Of a stretch of DNA of 64,000 nucleotides, positions 11,547 through 23,726 are shown piece by piece. The notes beneath the pieces are model-generated. The model was not told the DNA's origin and did not search any database. It was given only the letters and a program-made list of their open reading frames with translations. Within the stretch, counting starts at the first letter, position 1, and each line of letters opens with the position of its first letter. Source of the DNA: Psilocybe cubensis (Eukaryota); NCBI GenBank assembly GCA_017499595.2, contig CM039007.1, positions 1,550,001 through 1,614,000 on the forward strand, given 5' to 3'. Position numbers and translations under genes: made by a program.

Positions 11547-14032
11547 ATGGGTAGAGTGAGCGAAATCTGGTATTGTGCGTGTTCTTTCCCCGCGTCAATT
11601 CGGATATACTTACATTGGAGTGTTTAGCCTACACGGCTGAGCAGAAGCGCAACATGTGAGTTACCTCCCCAACTTTGTTTCTGATGTCATTGCTCATACA
11701 TCATTGCAGTGGCTTCTACGTTGCTGGAATCATGATGTACAAGTTCGGCCTTGAGTTTTTCAACGGCTCGATCACGACTCTAGCAACGGATCGCTTCAAG
11801 GCCACGAACGCTTTCACCAAATGTACATTATATCCTGTATCTAATTGTGACGTACCCTGAACTAATCATATTTCATTATCAGTGGGTGCTGCTCAGGGTG
11901 TCAACCAAGCAGCCCAGTGCGTCGGTGCGATTCTCATCGCACCCCTAATCAGGAGATGGCCCACCCGTTCCGTCCTTGCTGGCGCCATTTTCTTCTTCGG
12001 TCTGATGACGGCTATTCTCCTCATCGTCGATGCATCTACCGGTGTGTATCTCTCTAAAATCTAAGACGCGATGTTAACTTATGCGCATCACAGGCGGTAA
12101 AATCAAACCAGATGGTGCCAAGACCCCTGTCTATGGAGACTGGCACCCCAACTTGGTATGTGGAAAGGCATTTATGCGCATTATCCTAGCATTTATCCGC
12201 ATTTCATTAGATCTTTGTCATTTGGACTCTTTCAGGTGTATGTTACGGTATGGTTGAACTCATCCGCCGTGTCATGTGAGTGTTATGAATTGTATCGCGA
12301 GCAGTAGACGTTAATATTTTTTGACTGAAGCCCTGCAGACATTGTCGGTGGAAATGCCGGAAAGCTGCGTCGAATGGATGCCGTTGTGGTAAGTCTTGGT
12401 GAAAATTACTTTCTTGTAACGCAAATTGATTCAAGGGTTTCGCAGCATATATTCTATGAAGTTGCTGGAACATCTGGCGCCTTTTCTTCATCTTCGGCAA
12501 TCAGTCGGTTTGGAAACAATTATAGCTTTTTCATGACTCCTGGTACGTTAATGGTAGGACTATGCTCTTGACAGTAGACTGACTAATTTGATTTTTCTGC
12601 CCCTAGTGTTCTTCGCGCTTGCAGGAGTACGCATATATTCATGTTTTAATCCGGCCTTGGAATTAATTTTTGAATCCCTAGACTCTCTGGATTTTCGTCA
12701 GTACGCTGAGTTTCAAAAGCAGTGAAGCCATTCAGGAAGAGCTTGAACAAGCTGGTCTCGCCGAGGTCGACAACAAGAAGGCCCGTTCAAACAATTATTT
12801 GGTTCAAGTTGGATATGGTGCAATTGCATTCGGAGAGTCGATCTATGTTGGCTCGAAGATTGTTTTAACGAACAGGCGCTTCATCTGTGAGTGTCAATAT
12901 GGAGCGCCTGTAATCATTATACTAAATCGAGCCGTTGTAATACACAGGGCTCCTTCCTTCATAGTATGTTCAAACCTAACCGTCTTGCACCTCGACCATA
13001 TACTGATCTTGATGAAGTGCGATTGCTCTCTATATGCACAGATTCTTGGAGAACTCGCTCGCACCTGCCTTTGCCAAACGAATTCTTGGCACCTCTGCTT
13101 GGAGTCAGATCATCGTTGGTGGCTCAAATTTCGGAGAGCTCCTCGGTGCCTTTGCCGTTCTCATTCTTTCTGACCTTGTAACCACCCCTGTAAGTATTTC
13201 TGTCGAACGCAAACTGGCGCTTCAATTGCTCAATTTGCTTTTAGCTTCCTTGGTTGCGCCTCGATGCTCTTCTCGTAAGTCTTCAAACAGTTTCAATCAC
13301 GCTACAAACTCTTATGTATGCGTGACTTCAGTTGAACATCGTCTGGATTCTGCCGGTCTTTGCCAAGTCTGCCACCAAAGATGTCTCTGTGGCATGGAAA
13401 ATTGCAGGATGCTTCATTCCTATCTCTTGGGTGTGTAACTTCGAATTACTAGCATTTTAGAACGCCGCTTATAGCCTTTACAGGGATGGGCAGCTGGCGA
13501 CGTCTCTCTTGCCGCATACATTCAGTCCACCTTGTCATCTGATCCTAAATTCCGTGGGTTTATGAATGCGCTTCGCTATACGACTTTTATTAAATTAAAG
13601 CCTTCTGTTTATTTAGGTCACGCAAATGTCTCTGCTCTCGGAGCAGTTATGGCGTTCTTGTACTCGACATACATCGTCCTTAATGCCGTTTTCAGCTCTG
13701 TGCTCGGCAAGGTCTTCGATAGAGACTTTTCAAAAAATGGAAACATCCTACATTCGCTCAAAACAGTGGGAGGGTAAATAATATTGTGACCTTCTGATGA
13801 CAAGGAATTGTGCTGATTTTTGTTATCATCCAGTGTACACTTCTCCGTTGCGTGCGCAGTCATCCTTCTATCTACGCTTATACCCAAAGGAGCCTTTGCG
13901 CTGAACCCCAAGACTCTCGGCTCTCCAAGCGCTCCAGAACAGGAGCAAACAAACTCAGAAAGCGAGGATGGAGAAGATATGAAGAAGAGCGTCCCTGCTG
14001 ACTTGGAGACTCTGGAGAAATCTAGATCATAA
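11547..14032 (+). CDS. Multi-pass membrane protein, MFS-like transporter
   Basis: Many hydrophobic segments across exons (GIMMYKFGLEFFNGSITTLATDRF, QCVGAILIAPLIRRWP, GGSNFGELLGA, GWAAGDVSLAAYIQ); many short GT-AG introns. Confidence 0.7.
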
Positions 14033-15247
14033 GAATACCCATCTCTCCTATCTCCCAGGGTGTATATGACTTATTGTATCATTTTGGAAAAATATGACCA
14101 CACGGATAATGCGAATTAATTCCCTATTGTCTACTTCGCTACCTAACTACCTGTCTTTGACTCATATTCTTTGTATTTTATCATATTTTTAGACTGGAAT
14201 ATGACTATTGGATTCAATATTTGTGGAAGCGACTTCGTTTTATTGATTGATTGCCCTAAGAAATTGAGATAAGAGAATATATTTTAATGTTTAATAGTAC
14301 AGCTTTTACCTGTACGTATTTTATGGCAAAAAGGCTGTATCTCCTGCCATGCTCATTGGTGACAAGTGCTGTGAATGAGGCGTGGGATTATGAAGTGCAC
14401 ATTAATCTATTGTTAGCACATCAAGCTATTTATAGAACTACATACACGAACACTGATTTTTTTTGCAAGTTGGAGCCTGATATCTAAAAATTTGACATTT
14501 TGACTCGTTTTAATTCAGTTCCGAGCTGAGTTCCACTTGCATATAAGATGGGAGTCCGATGAAGGAGGAAGCAAGTTACATAACATCGCGGGGGTTTGAC
14601 GCTGTTAGCCTGTTCCTTAATAACAAACATAACATGTAGATGCCGATGGGCCTGGTCATCGTGATCTTCTCTTGTCCGTCTTTACCCTGCGATTGCTGCC
14701 GAGAGGTCTTCCGTGCTATTCGCAGAACAACTCGTGTTCAACACGACTGGACCACCTTTTGTTAAATGATTTAATAGTAAATTTATCAACGATGGAGTAT
14801 TGTAATACAGCTTTTAGCACAATGCATTTGGTTTCCATCTACTCCAGACTCTGTCTAGCTTCACATATTTTTGGAATCTGTGGCGTTGTACGAGTTGTGG
14901 CGCCTCGTGGCCTCGGTAGTTATAGTGGGAGACAGATCGTTGATCTTATCTAAGGGAGGGACAGTCCTCCATCAATATTACCACACAATGCACCTTCACA
15001 ATGACTCTCTCGCTTGCCTTTCTCCGGATTTCGGGATATGCACACGTTTATTTTTAAATAATTGACAGATGAGATGGGTGCTTTCATTCAAATCTTCCCT
15101 CATTGTGTTTCCCTTCCTCTTTTCCCATCGTGCTACCTCCGCCTCCGCCTCCCGCCCTCCCGCCCCTCCCACTTCCCCACCTCTCTCGGTTCTATTCCTC
15201 GCATCCTGTATCAGCGCTAGGCTGTAAGTGGGCTGCAAACAATAAAC

Positions 15248-17811
15248 ATGAATACGACGGCTACGAACTCGACTTTGACGACTTCGGGATACAATATCTC
15301 CGCTGACCACCTGCACTCGACTTTGGGAGCAGCCTTCTTCGGATTTTCTGCCGGAGCCATGTCGGTTCTCCTTGCTATCCATCTACTATCAGCTTTAACA
15401 CAGTGTCCTAGATTGTTTGGAATTACTATCAGACAGGCGTATCAGTACTACGCAACATCTGGTACTCAGGATGGAATCCAGCGGAAATTGATTGTACGCA
15501 TGCCTCTGTGTTCGCTCTGTCTGATATCCGCGTCTGCTAACGTCGGTGCTGTGATTGTCAGATTGCACTTACATGGCAAGTCGTCTTTTGCATCTGAAGC
15601 TGCGTCTGCGTCTGATAAGACTGTTTCTTCAAGTCTACTGGACACACTTCATTTCGTATTCTCAATGTATCTGGTGTATAACCTGATACTTCAATTTGTG
15701 GGCTTTGCTGGAAGTGCTTCGAAAGTCTTATGGTGTGTTGGAGCATTTTGTTACTTTGCATTATAATCCAGCGATTCTGAATGTTCACGTGTAGGAGTTT
15801 GAAGGTACATCACGGCTTCCGTTCCCCGTCTGAACCTCCCACCCACCCACAAACCGCATACATCAAGTTACTGAAATGCGTATCATACACAGGCACTCGG
15901 ATCCATCCAGGTGGTCCTGATCATCTTCGTCCAAGGGTAAGCCCATTCACCCATTAGCCCCCTTCACCCCCGCGCCCCGCGCACTCTCCGGCGTGCCTTC
16001 GGTATTCTTCATCGTCCGGCCTACGTTGGGCATAAGCGACTAAAACTGACGAACACGTTCCTCACCCTGTCCATTCCATCTCATCAGCTACTACCTCTCG
16101 CAGATATGGCGCCGTAAGCAACCACCCTCCATCCATTTTCCACGCCGTTTCATGTTCTCATCAACGGTCTCTTAATTAATTTTTAAAGTCTCGAGCAACA
16201 TTTTGTTGGCTGACCGGTTCTCCCGCGCTATCCATGTACGTTATATGTTTCGTTGCTTGTAGTTTGAACGTGTTGCGGTGGACTGACGGATGCTCGGATG
16301 TAGGTCTTTGTTATACTCATAGCTATTCTTGCTCTGGGTGAGTCTGGCTCTATTGCTCCAAGCGATCCGATGCGGATGCGGATGCGGATGCGCACAACCT
16401 CCACTGGCGCGCGTGGAGCTTTGAACCGTCACACTGCGCGCGCGCGCTGCCTGCCATCCGTCGAAACACGCTGATAACGATCTTTCTTTCTTTCTGTTTT
16501 TGTTTTTTTTTTTTACAAATTTAGCTGTGGCGATCAGTGAGTCGCTTTATCTACGCGTAGTATCCCGCAGGAAACGCGATCATACTGACTTTTCTTTTTT
16601 CTCTTTTGCGTTTTCGTTCCAGTTTTCATGATACAACTGTACATACCATCCCACCTCTACTTCCACTCCAACACCACCACTGATACCCGTTTTCCAGACA
16701 GACCATCCAGCAGATATCGAGTTTCAGCTCTGGATTCGAGGTACATTTCTTTCCTCCAAATTCCTCCATCCATCCTTACGTTGGCGTTTACGGTTTATCC
16801 ATTTATAGTATGTCGTATACCTCGGATTCGGCGCAACGGCTTTCATCGACTGTGCAATCGCCGCCGCCATGTGTCTGATACTGCACAAAAGCTCTGCGGG
16901 CGTCGGTGAGAGGTACGTACCACTCCACCACTGGGCATGAACACCCGTCGAAAAAATCAAATTAAACCAAACTGATGATCATGATACTCGTATTTCACAT
17001 TTTTCTATTTCATAGGAGTGAAAGCGTTCTCGAAAGCATCATCCAATATTTCATCGGCTCAGGATTGACCACAAGGTAAGTTACATACATAAACTTCCAA
17101 CCATAAAATTCCTTCGAAATCCAATTCCTGACGACAATCCTTTTTCTATTTCTATAAATACAGCTTCGCCGCGATTTTATGCATAAGTCTGGCAAGTACC
17201 ACATCCACATTCTACATCTTGACAAGCGAACGGTGAATTAACCTTCATATCAAACAATACAGTTCGTCGCTCAACCCGATACACTGCTCTACCTAGGCAT
17301 GGAATTCTCCGTCACACGACGTTGGTGTTAATCTTCTCTTGCTTTATCGCTCAACAATCTAATCTAAACTTTTCTTTTTTTTATGTTTATGTCTTATCTA
17401 GTATATGCCAACTCGGTTTTAGCCATGTAAGCAGACAATGTCATTTCGAGTTGGTCCATCTTTATTCTTTTTCTGACAAAATTAATCTACGCAGGTTCAA
17501 TGCGCGCCGTAGAAACAATGAAAGGATGAACAAAACCATCGAACTCAAATTCCCGAGCGCTGTCTTATTCGGAGAACCAGGAACAATGTCCCACACGGAA
17601 TCTCTCATTTCCGATCCCTTCTCACCTGGACAGGAGACAAAATACTCAAAGTGTAATCAGCGCTGTCATGATGAAGATTACTCCGATTTGAAAGGTATGC
17701 AGTCGTGATTCCTTTCAAGTGCGCTACGCCGTCAATATCAAACTCATATTGCCGCTAATAGGTCATCATGAAAAACGCATCAGTGTATCTTCGAGAGGCT
17801 ATACTGTGTAG
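15248..17811 (+). CDS. DUF6534-type Agaricomycete integral membrane protein
   Basis: N-terminal TLGAAFFG..LFGITIRQAYQYY; C-terminal DCAIAAAMCLILHK..SGLTTS..LYANSVLAMFNARR; several micro-exons. Confidence 0.75.
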
Positions 17812-18077
17812 CCACAAAACTCTAATGACCACCAAAAAGACATGATTAGACGGACAGTGTAACGCCAGTGTATTGTACACCAGAAAGCTTCCGATTAATA
17901 GGCGACCTTTCAAACATGTTAATTTCTTGCACAATGGAGATGAAAGTTAATTAACAGGCAGAGCAAAACAGTTTCGACAGGTGTACATGTAGCAATTCAG
18001 CAATCGACATTTGTCCATGAGCAATGTTTTTTAAAGTTCGACAACCAGCAATAGACTTCATACCGAACGCACTGTTT

Positions 18078-20270
18078 TTAACGACCGCCGAGATTACGAA
18101 GCATCACATCGTGCAATGCACATTCATGGTCCTTTGAGCAGCAAAAATGAGATGTGGCATGTCGGACAGAAACGATACACAAATACCTGATCCAACGACC
18201 ATGTGAAGCATCCACCCATCCCCGATTTCTTGGCAAACAAAGTCTTGCTGGCGATGCTAGAAGGATCATCATAACTGACAACAGTAGTTCGACTGACATT
18301 GAAAAGATACTAATAAAGCGTCAACTTTCACATAATTCTCATGATATCGACGAAAAGGTCTCGAACCGGAGTATCGCTGCAGTCATCCCATCCTGGAAAA
18401 CCGGAATGTGTCAATTAGGCGCCTATCATCAATGTTTGGCAGACTTTACCCATTGTATATCCGTTAGCGGCAACATAGTGCTCCCCTCTCTTTTCCAAAG
18501 CTCCAGCCTCAACCAACTGGCAGAACGCAATTTGTTGCCCCCACAGCTTGCTAAGGTCGCCTGCAGCACCTGACAACGATATCGGGCGCTTTGATTTCGG
18601 GTGGGCAACATTTAGTATCCGTCCAGACGGAGCAAAGCTGCCAGAAAGCTTCTTGTCTGTGCTCTTTGAGACATATCCATACAATGGGAGTCCAAGGAGA
18701 AGCTTGGAAGCAGGCATCCCTGCCCGAGTCCACTGTTTGAAAGCAGCCTCAGCTGTTGCTTGTGGCTGACGACTCGTTCCACATGCATCGCCTTGATACA
18801 ATGAGATAAGAAATAACGTCGATCTTTAATAACTCACTTAGTGGGGCATTGGGACCAGGGTGAGATGAGGAGGTGAAAACGTCGTAATTCCTATGACCAA
18901 ATTATCAATGGAATTGCAATTATCAGGTTGTAAAGACACTAACATGATGTTCACGAAGCTCATATACTTTGCGTACTCTTCGACGTTTGTGAGAGGTAAG
19001 CCTTTAGGTCCTAGCCACGGAAGCTGGGTTACTGCCGCAGATATAATTCTCGAATTTCCTTTACAAGATCAGGTCAAAATACAAGTCTCGGAAAGAGAAA
19101 GGGAAGCTTGCCAATGGCGCTGCGAAGCGCTTTGAAAAAGGACAAAAGGTTTGCAGCGTCTTCGGGTGAATGAGGGTTACCAGACCCTGGTGAATTTGGA
19201 TACTCCTTAGGTTCAAAGTATACATAAGCCGCTTTCTGAAGCACAAAGTGCATTAAACATTTACCCAGTCAATATCAATTCCTACATTGGAGGCAATGTT
19301 AGTATCAGTCTTTTCATTGCTAAAACATGCCTACCATCCAGACCATACGATTCAATCGTGTCGCAAAGAGTTTTCACAAATTTAGTGCGACTGGCTTCGG
19401 TGGACATAACTTGACTGTACCAATGACAACCACCCCAGCCACCTTATATGGCGCATACATTCCAGTGAAAACGTAAGTTTTTTGAGAAAATGTCCACATA
19501 CCAACAGAAAGAACTATCTTGGTCGGATGACCGCTTCTTCGGACGCAGGAAACAAGGTTTTTCAAAGATTCCTGAGCGCCACTGTCCCAGTTTATACCAG
19601 CCTCTCCGTTCGGAGTAGCGAATGCTGTAGAATATTTCGTCAAATACTTTTCATCAGCAACTCTATGCACTTACCAAAGAAAAGGACATCGAACTTGGAA
19701 AAGTCGATCTTGTGCGGCGGGCTGGAATCAGACGCCCAAGATGGATAATAAGCAGCAGCGATAGGCTTAGTCGTCCTTTCTGGCTCATTTTTGAGGATTT
19801 CCTTGGGCATCAAAGTCCCTTTGAAGGACATCTCAGGTAATCCTGCTTTGGGCCAGAAGCAGGATTCATTCATCACAAGGTCGCTGGCTCCAATAAACGC
19901 CAGAAAGGTCGCGGAAGAGCGAGCATCCAAACGATGAAGCAAGTGGGTCAGAAACATTTGCAGTCCTCTCTTTCTTTCTTCGATCAGCTGGTTGTCGACC
20001 CATGCCGAGGGTAAGAACGAAGTGGCAAAAACATGTTTTGGTGGTAATGGAAAAGGAACTTCGAGGGCTTCCTTTAATGTTACAAACTATACAAGCAAGT
20101 TAGAGCGCATATATGCACATAAATATCGGAATTACCTCAGAATAACGGCGAAGGACTTCATATTGATTCCCATTCTCGCGTATCACATTGATGATGTACA
20201 CGACGTGAGGTTGGGGGAACGATGAAGTGGTATGGTTGTAGATGAACAGTGAGTCAATAGCAGAAGACAT
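18078..20270 (-). CDS. PX domain-GH18 chitinase fusion, copy 1
   Basis: PX: PHVVY..RRYSEF..LPPK..IEERKRGL; GH18: AAYYPSW, KIVLSVGGWGG, LDGIDIDWEYP, NIMNYD, KLLLGLPLYG, VSYDD, GCFTWSLDQ; no signal peptide. Confidence 0.9.
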
Positions 20271-20524
20271 CGAAGTAATTGGGAAAGAGGTGAATAAAGA
20301 ATATGGATTAGACTCGAGATTTATAGGCCACACAGTTTGTATGCCTTTGTACAAATGTCATTCAAAAAAAGAAGCTTCTTTTCCGAATTTGGACGTTGTG
20401 TAACCTCGACCAGCCCAGGTCCATCAATATAATATATATCCTATTAGAAGTCGGTAGTAAGTCGTACAAAAGGTCGTAAAGGTCGTAAACTATACATCGT
20501 AAAAAAGACACGCGCGATATGCAA

Positions 20525-22995
20525 TTATTTACCCATCGCTGCTCGAATCACATCTTGCAAAGAAGTTCCATCATCCTGTAGCCATGAGTGTTGCAATGAG
20601 CATGGTGAAGAAACTGGAACGTTTCAGTAACTTGCCTGATCAAGGGACCAAGTGCAGCAACCTGCGAGGTCATTCTCCTGCGCAAACTTTACTTTGGCGG
20701 CAAGAGATCGAGTATCTTGGGACAGGGTTAGCTCTAATCCAATGTAAAACGAAGATCCAATCTTACTATCAAAAGTAATCAAGGTCTTCTTCTCAACGTT
20801 AAAAATGTACTGCAGGACGTTGTCAATTTATCTGCCAAACAATATCGAAACTATTTAGCTTACAGGGGTAGAGCTTGGATCATCCCAACCTGCAGCAGGA
20901 TGATCAGTAACAAAGCGAGTATACATGAGGAACAATACTTACCCATAGTAAATCCATCCCCGTGGCCATAATTCCCATCGAATCTTTTCACAAGCGCACC
21001 CGAGGCAACGATGTCCTTGAACGCAATGGGTTTGCCCCACCAAGCAGACAATGCTCCTCTCGAATTGGGTTTCTTTCCGAGATCCTTGACATAGACAGCC
21101 TTATGAGCACCTTTGAAGGTGTGGCTAGCGAACGACAGAATGTGATCAGTTGGAGTAGGAGGCGTGCCTCCGTTCAGAGCTGTTTTCTTGCTTTTGAATA
21201 CATGGCCAAACAATGGTAAACCAAGTAAAATCTGATGTCGTCTGTTGAGCGAAGGTGATGGCGCAAAAAGAAGAAACGAACCTGTCCGCTTGGGAAGCCA
21301 GCCGTTTTCCAACGAAGAAGAGCCGCTTCCGCCGTGGTCTGTACTCTCCTCTGGTTCTTGATAGCGTGACCTATGGATGATAGACAATTAATGGGATAAG
21401 TGAGTTGGGTAAAGAGAAAAATGCCTACCTAACGGTGCATTAGGTCCTGGAGCAGACGTACCCCATACGCTATAGTTCCTATAGAAAATGCAAGGGTATT
21501 CAAGATTAGCCCTTAAAAAAAAATTTAATCTTACATGATGTTGATATAGGTCAAACTCTCTGCATAAGCCGAAACATCGTTGAGGGTCGTTCCATCTGCG
21601 CCTGCCCAAGGGGCGTGTTGAACGGCAGCAGAAATGATTTTCGCAGGACCTGAAGAACATATACAATTGCAAGTCAAATTCATATTCTTGAAACAATGCT
21701 TTAAACACTAACCCAATGCGGAACGGAGAGATTGAATCAACAGCAAGAAATTTGCGGCGTCATGAGCAGAGTACGGATTTCCTGCCCCTTTAGCGTTGGG
21801 GAATTCCTAACGAAATTATCATACAATTAGCTCTCATAATCCAACAAATTGCCTAGAGGAGAAACATACCCAATCAAGATCAATACCTACAGATAAGTCA
21901 ATAAATTGTCTTTTATGATGAAAAAGAGAACAGACCGTCTAGTTCGTATGTGTTTACAACGTTTTGGATCGTTTGCACAAAAGTCATTCGGTTGTTGGCC
22001 GAAGCGCAAAGATGACTGAACCATTGACTTCCATTCCAACCACCTATATAATTCGAGAATGCGGTCAGGAAATTGACTATGTCGTCAAAACCGAATGATA
22101 CTTACCGATGGACAAAGCTATCTTAGTACCGAAACCGCTAGCCTTCGCACAGGCAATCAGGCGCTTCAGAAGAGCCAAAGTATCACGCGCCCAGTCAAGT
22201 GTCGACGAGGCGTTAGGTGTGGCGAAACCTATATTCAGACAAAAGGAAAAATTGTCAAGTTGGCACTGTCAGTTAAGCAACATGTACTTACCAAAGAAGA
22301 TGATATCGAACTTGGAATAATCCAAGCTCTCGGGAGGAAGCGTTCCAGCGCACCACTCAGGATAGTAAGCTGCAGATACAAGCTTCTTCTTCGGTGGTTC
22401 CTCCTGAACAGGTACTTGTTCCTCTTCGTGGTCGTCCTCTACCAATGACAGAGATTGGACCTGATCACGGAGAGAAAAAAATGCCGAAACATCCTTTCTG
22501 GTCAGTGTCGAAGGAAGAACGTCTTCAACATCGATATTCTCATCGGGCTTCAGCGCATCGCGTTCAAGGAACCCTTTAATGATCGGAGTGTCCCTGAACT
22601 CGGGTGACCATAACAAGGCTGCGAGATATTTGGCTAGGCCAACCTTGCGCTCCGCGATCAACGCGTCGTCGAGCCACCCAGAAGGAAAAATAGCAGTGAG
22701 GATCGCGTGCTTGGATGGTAGCGAGAAACCATCTTTCAGAGCAGCTGGAGAATGAACGGAAATTTAGAAGACTTTTATGTCAGGACAAAAGCTAGAAGAA
22801 ATCGTACCATGAAGCGCTACAAACTGCACATTCCATGAGATCAGACCAGATGAAATATTGCGAAGCACGTACCTCTGAATAGCGTCGATGTATAACAATC
22901 TTCGTCGTTCCCGTTGTGATCTCAACGACATAGACGACGTGCGGGTACGGCTTCGAGGTTGTCGTGTGCTTGTTGATAACCACAGAAACACCCAT
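20525..22995 (-). CDS. PX domain-GH18 chitinase fusion, copy 2 (divergent)
   Basis: PX: PHVVY..RRYSEF..LPSK..IAERKVGL; GH18: AAYYPEW, LDGIDLDWEFP, NIMNYS, ILLGLPLFG, GCCTWSLDQ; last intron GC-AG. Confidence 0.88.
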
Positions 22996-23726
22996 GATGA
23001 TAGACGCCTCGGAGCGAGAAACCAGGAGAATAAGGTTGAAAACGCAGCATAACGATTATAAGAGCATCTCGAGCCTCCAACGCTGCCCTCGAGTCCCCGG
23101 CAGCACATAACCAGCCTTCTCACTGCAGAGCATCGTGTCTCACAGGGCCCTCCGCCGATTTCCCATTCTGGCCTACACACAGGCGTTGGCGCTAATTTTG
23201 TTTGCGAGGGTGAGACCACTGTGGTTGAGTCCTGGGCAGGCGAACCCAGGTCGCGAAAAAATTGTCATGATTTGGAGAGGGACGCTACTAGCCACCATGT
23301 CTGACAATGTTCACAGAAGAAAGCGACCAAAGCAAGAAATCCAGGTTCCGAAGGGGGTCGTTGTTAACAAGGTAGCTATTGACATGAATGTTTGAGAAAA
23401 TCAGTGACGCGACTTGGACGCGACCCTCGCGTGCGTCGCTAAATTCGCGAGCACCCCATTTATGGTAATTTACTTTTTCGAAAAAATATGAGTAAGAACA
23501 AATAATCACATTCAATCAGGTTCTGAGGGCAAACAAAAGTACTACTATACTCTATCGGTACGAGAGGATATAGCGCTACGTATATACAGAAATATATTAT
23601 ACATCAAAAAAACGAGGTCCATCATAATCATTACACAGTCACGAACAAATCCAGGGGCCATCGAGGCCATATTGCCAGACCGGCTGACATACAAGTGCTC
23701 GGTGTAGTCCAAAGAGATGCGGACAT

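Noticed and set aside
18357-18372. Minus-strand GGTTCGAGACC B-box-like motif
   Set aside because: Coincides with an exon-intron junction of chitinase copy 1; no cloverleaf
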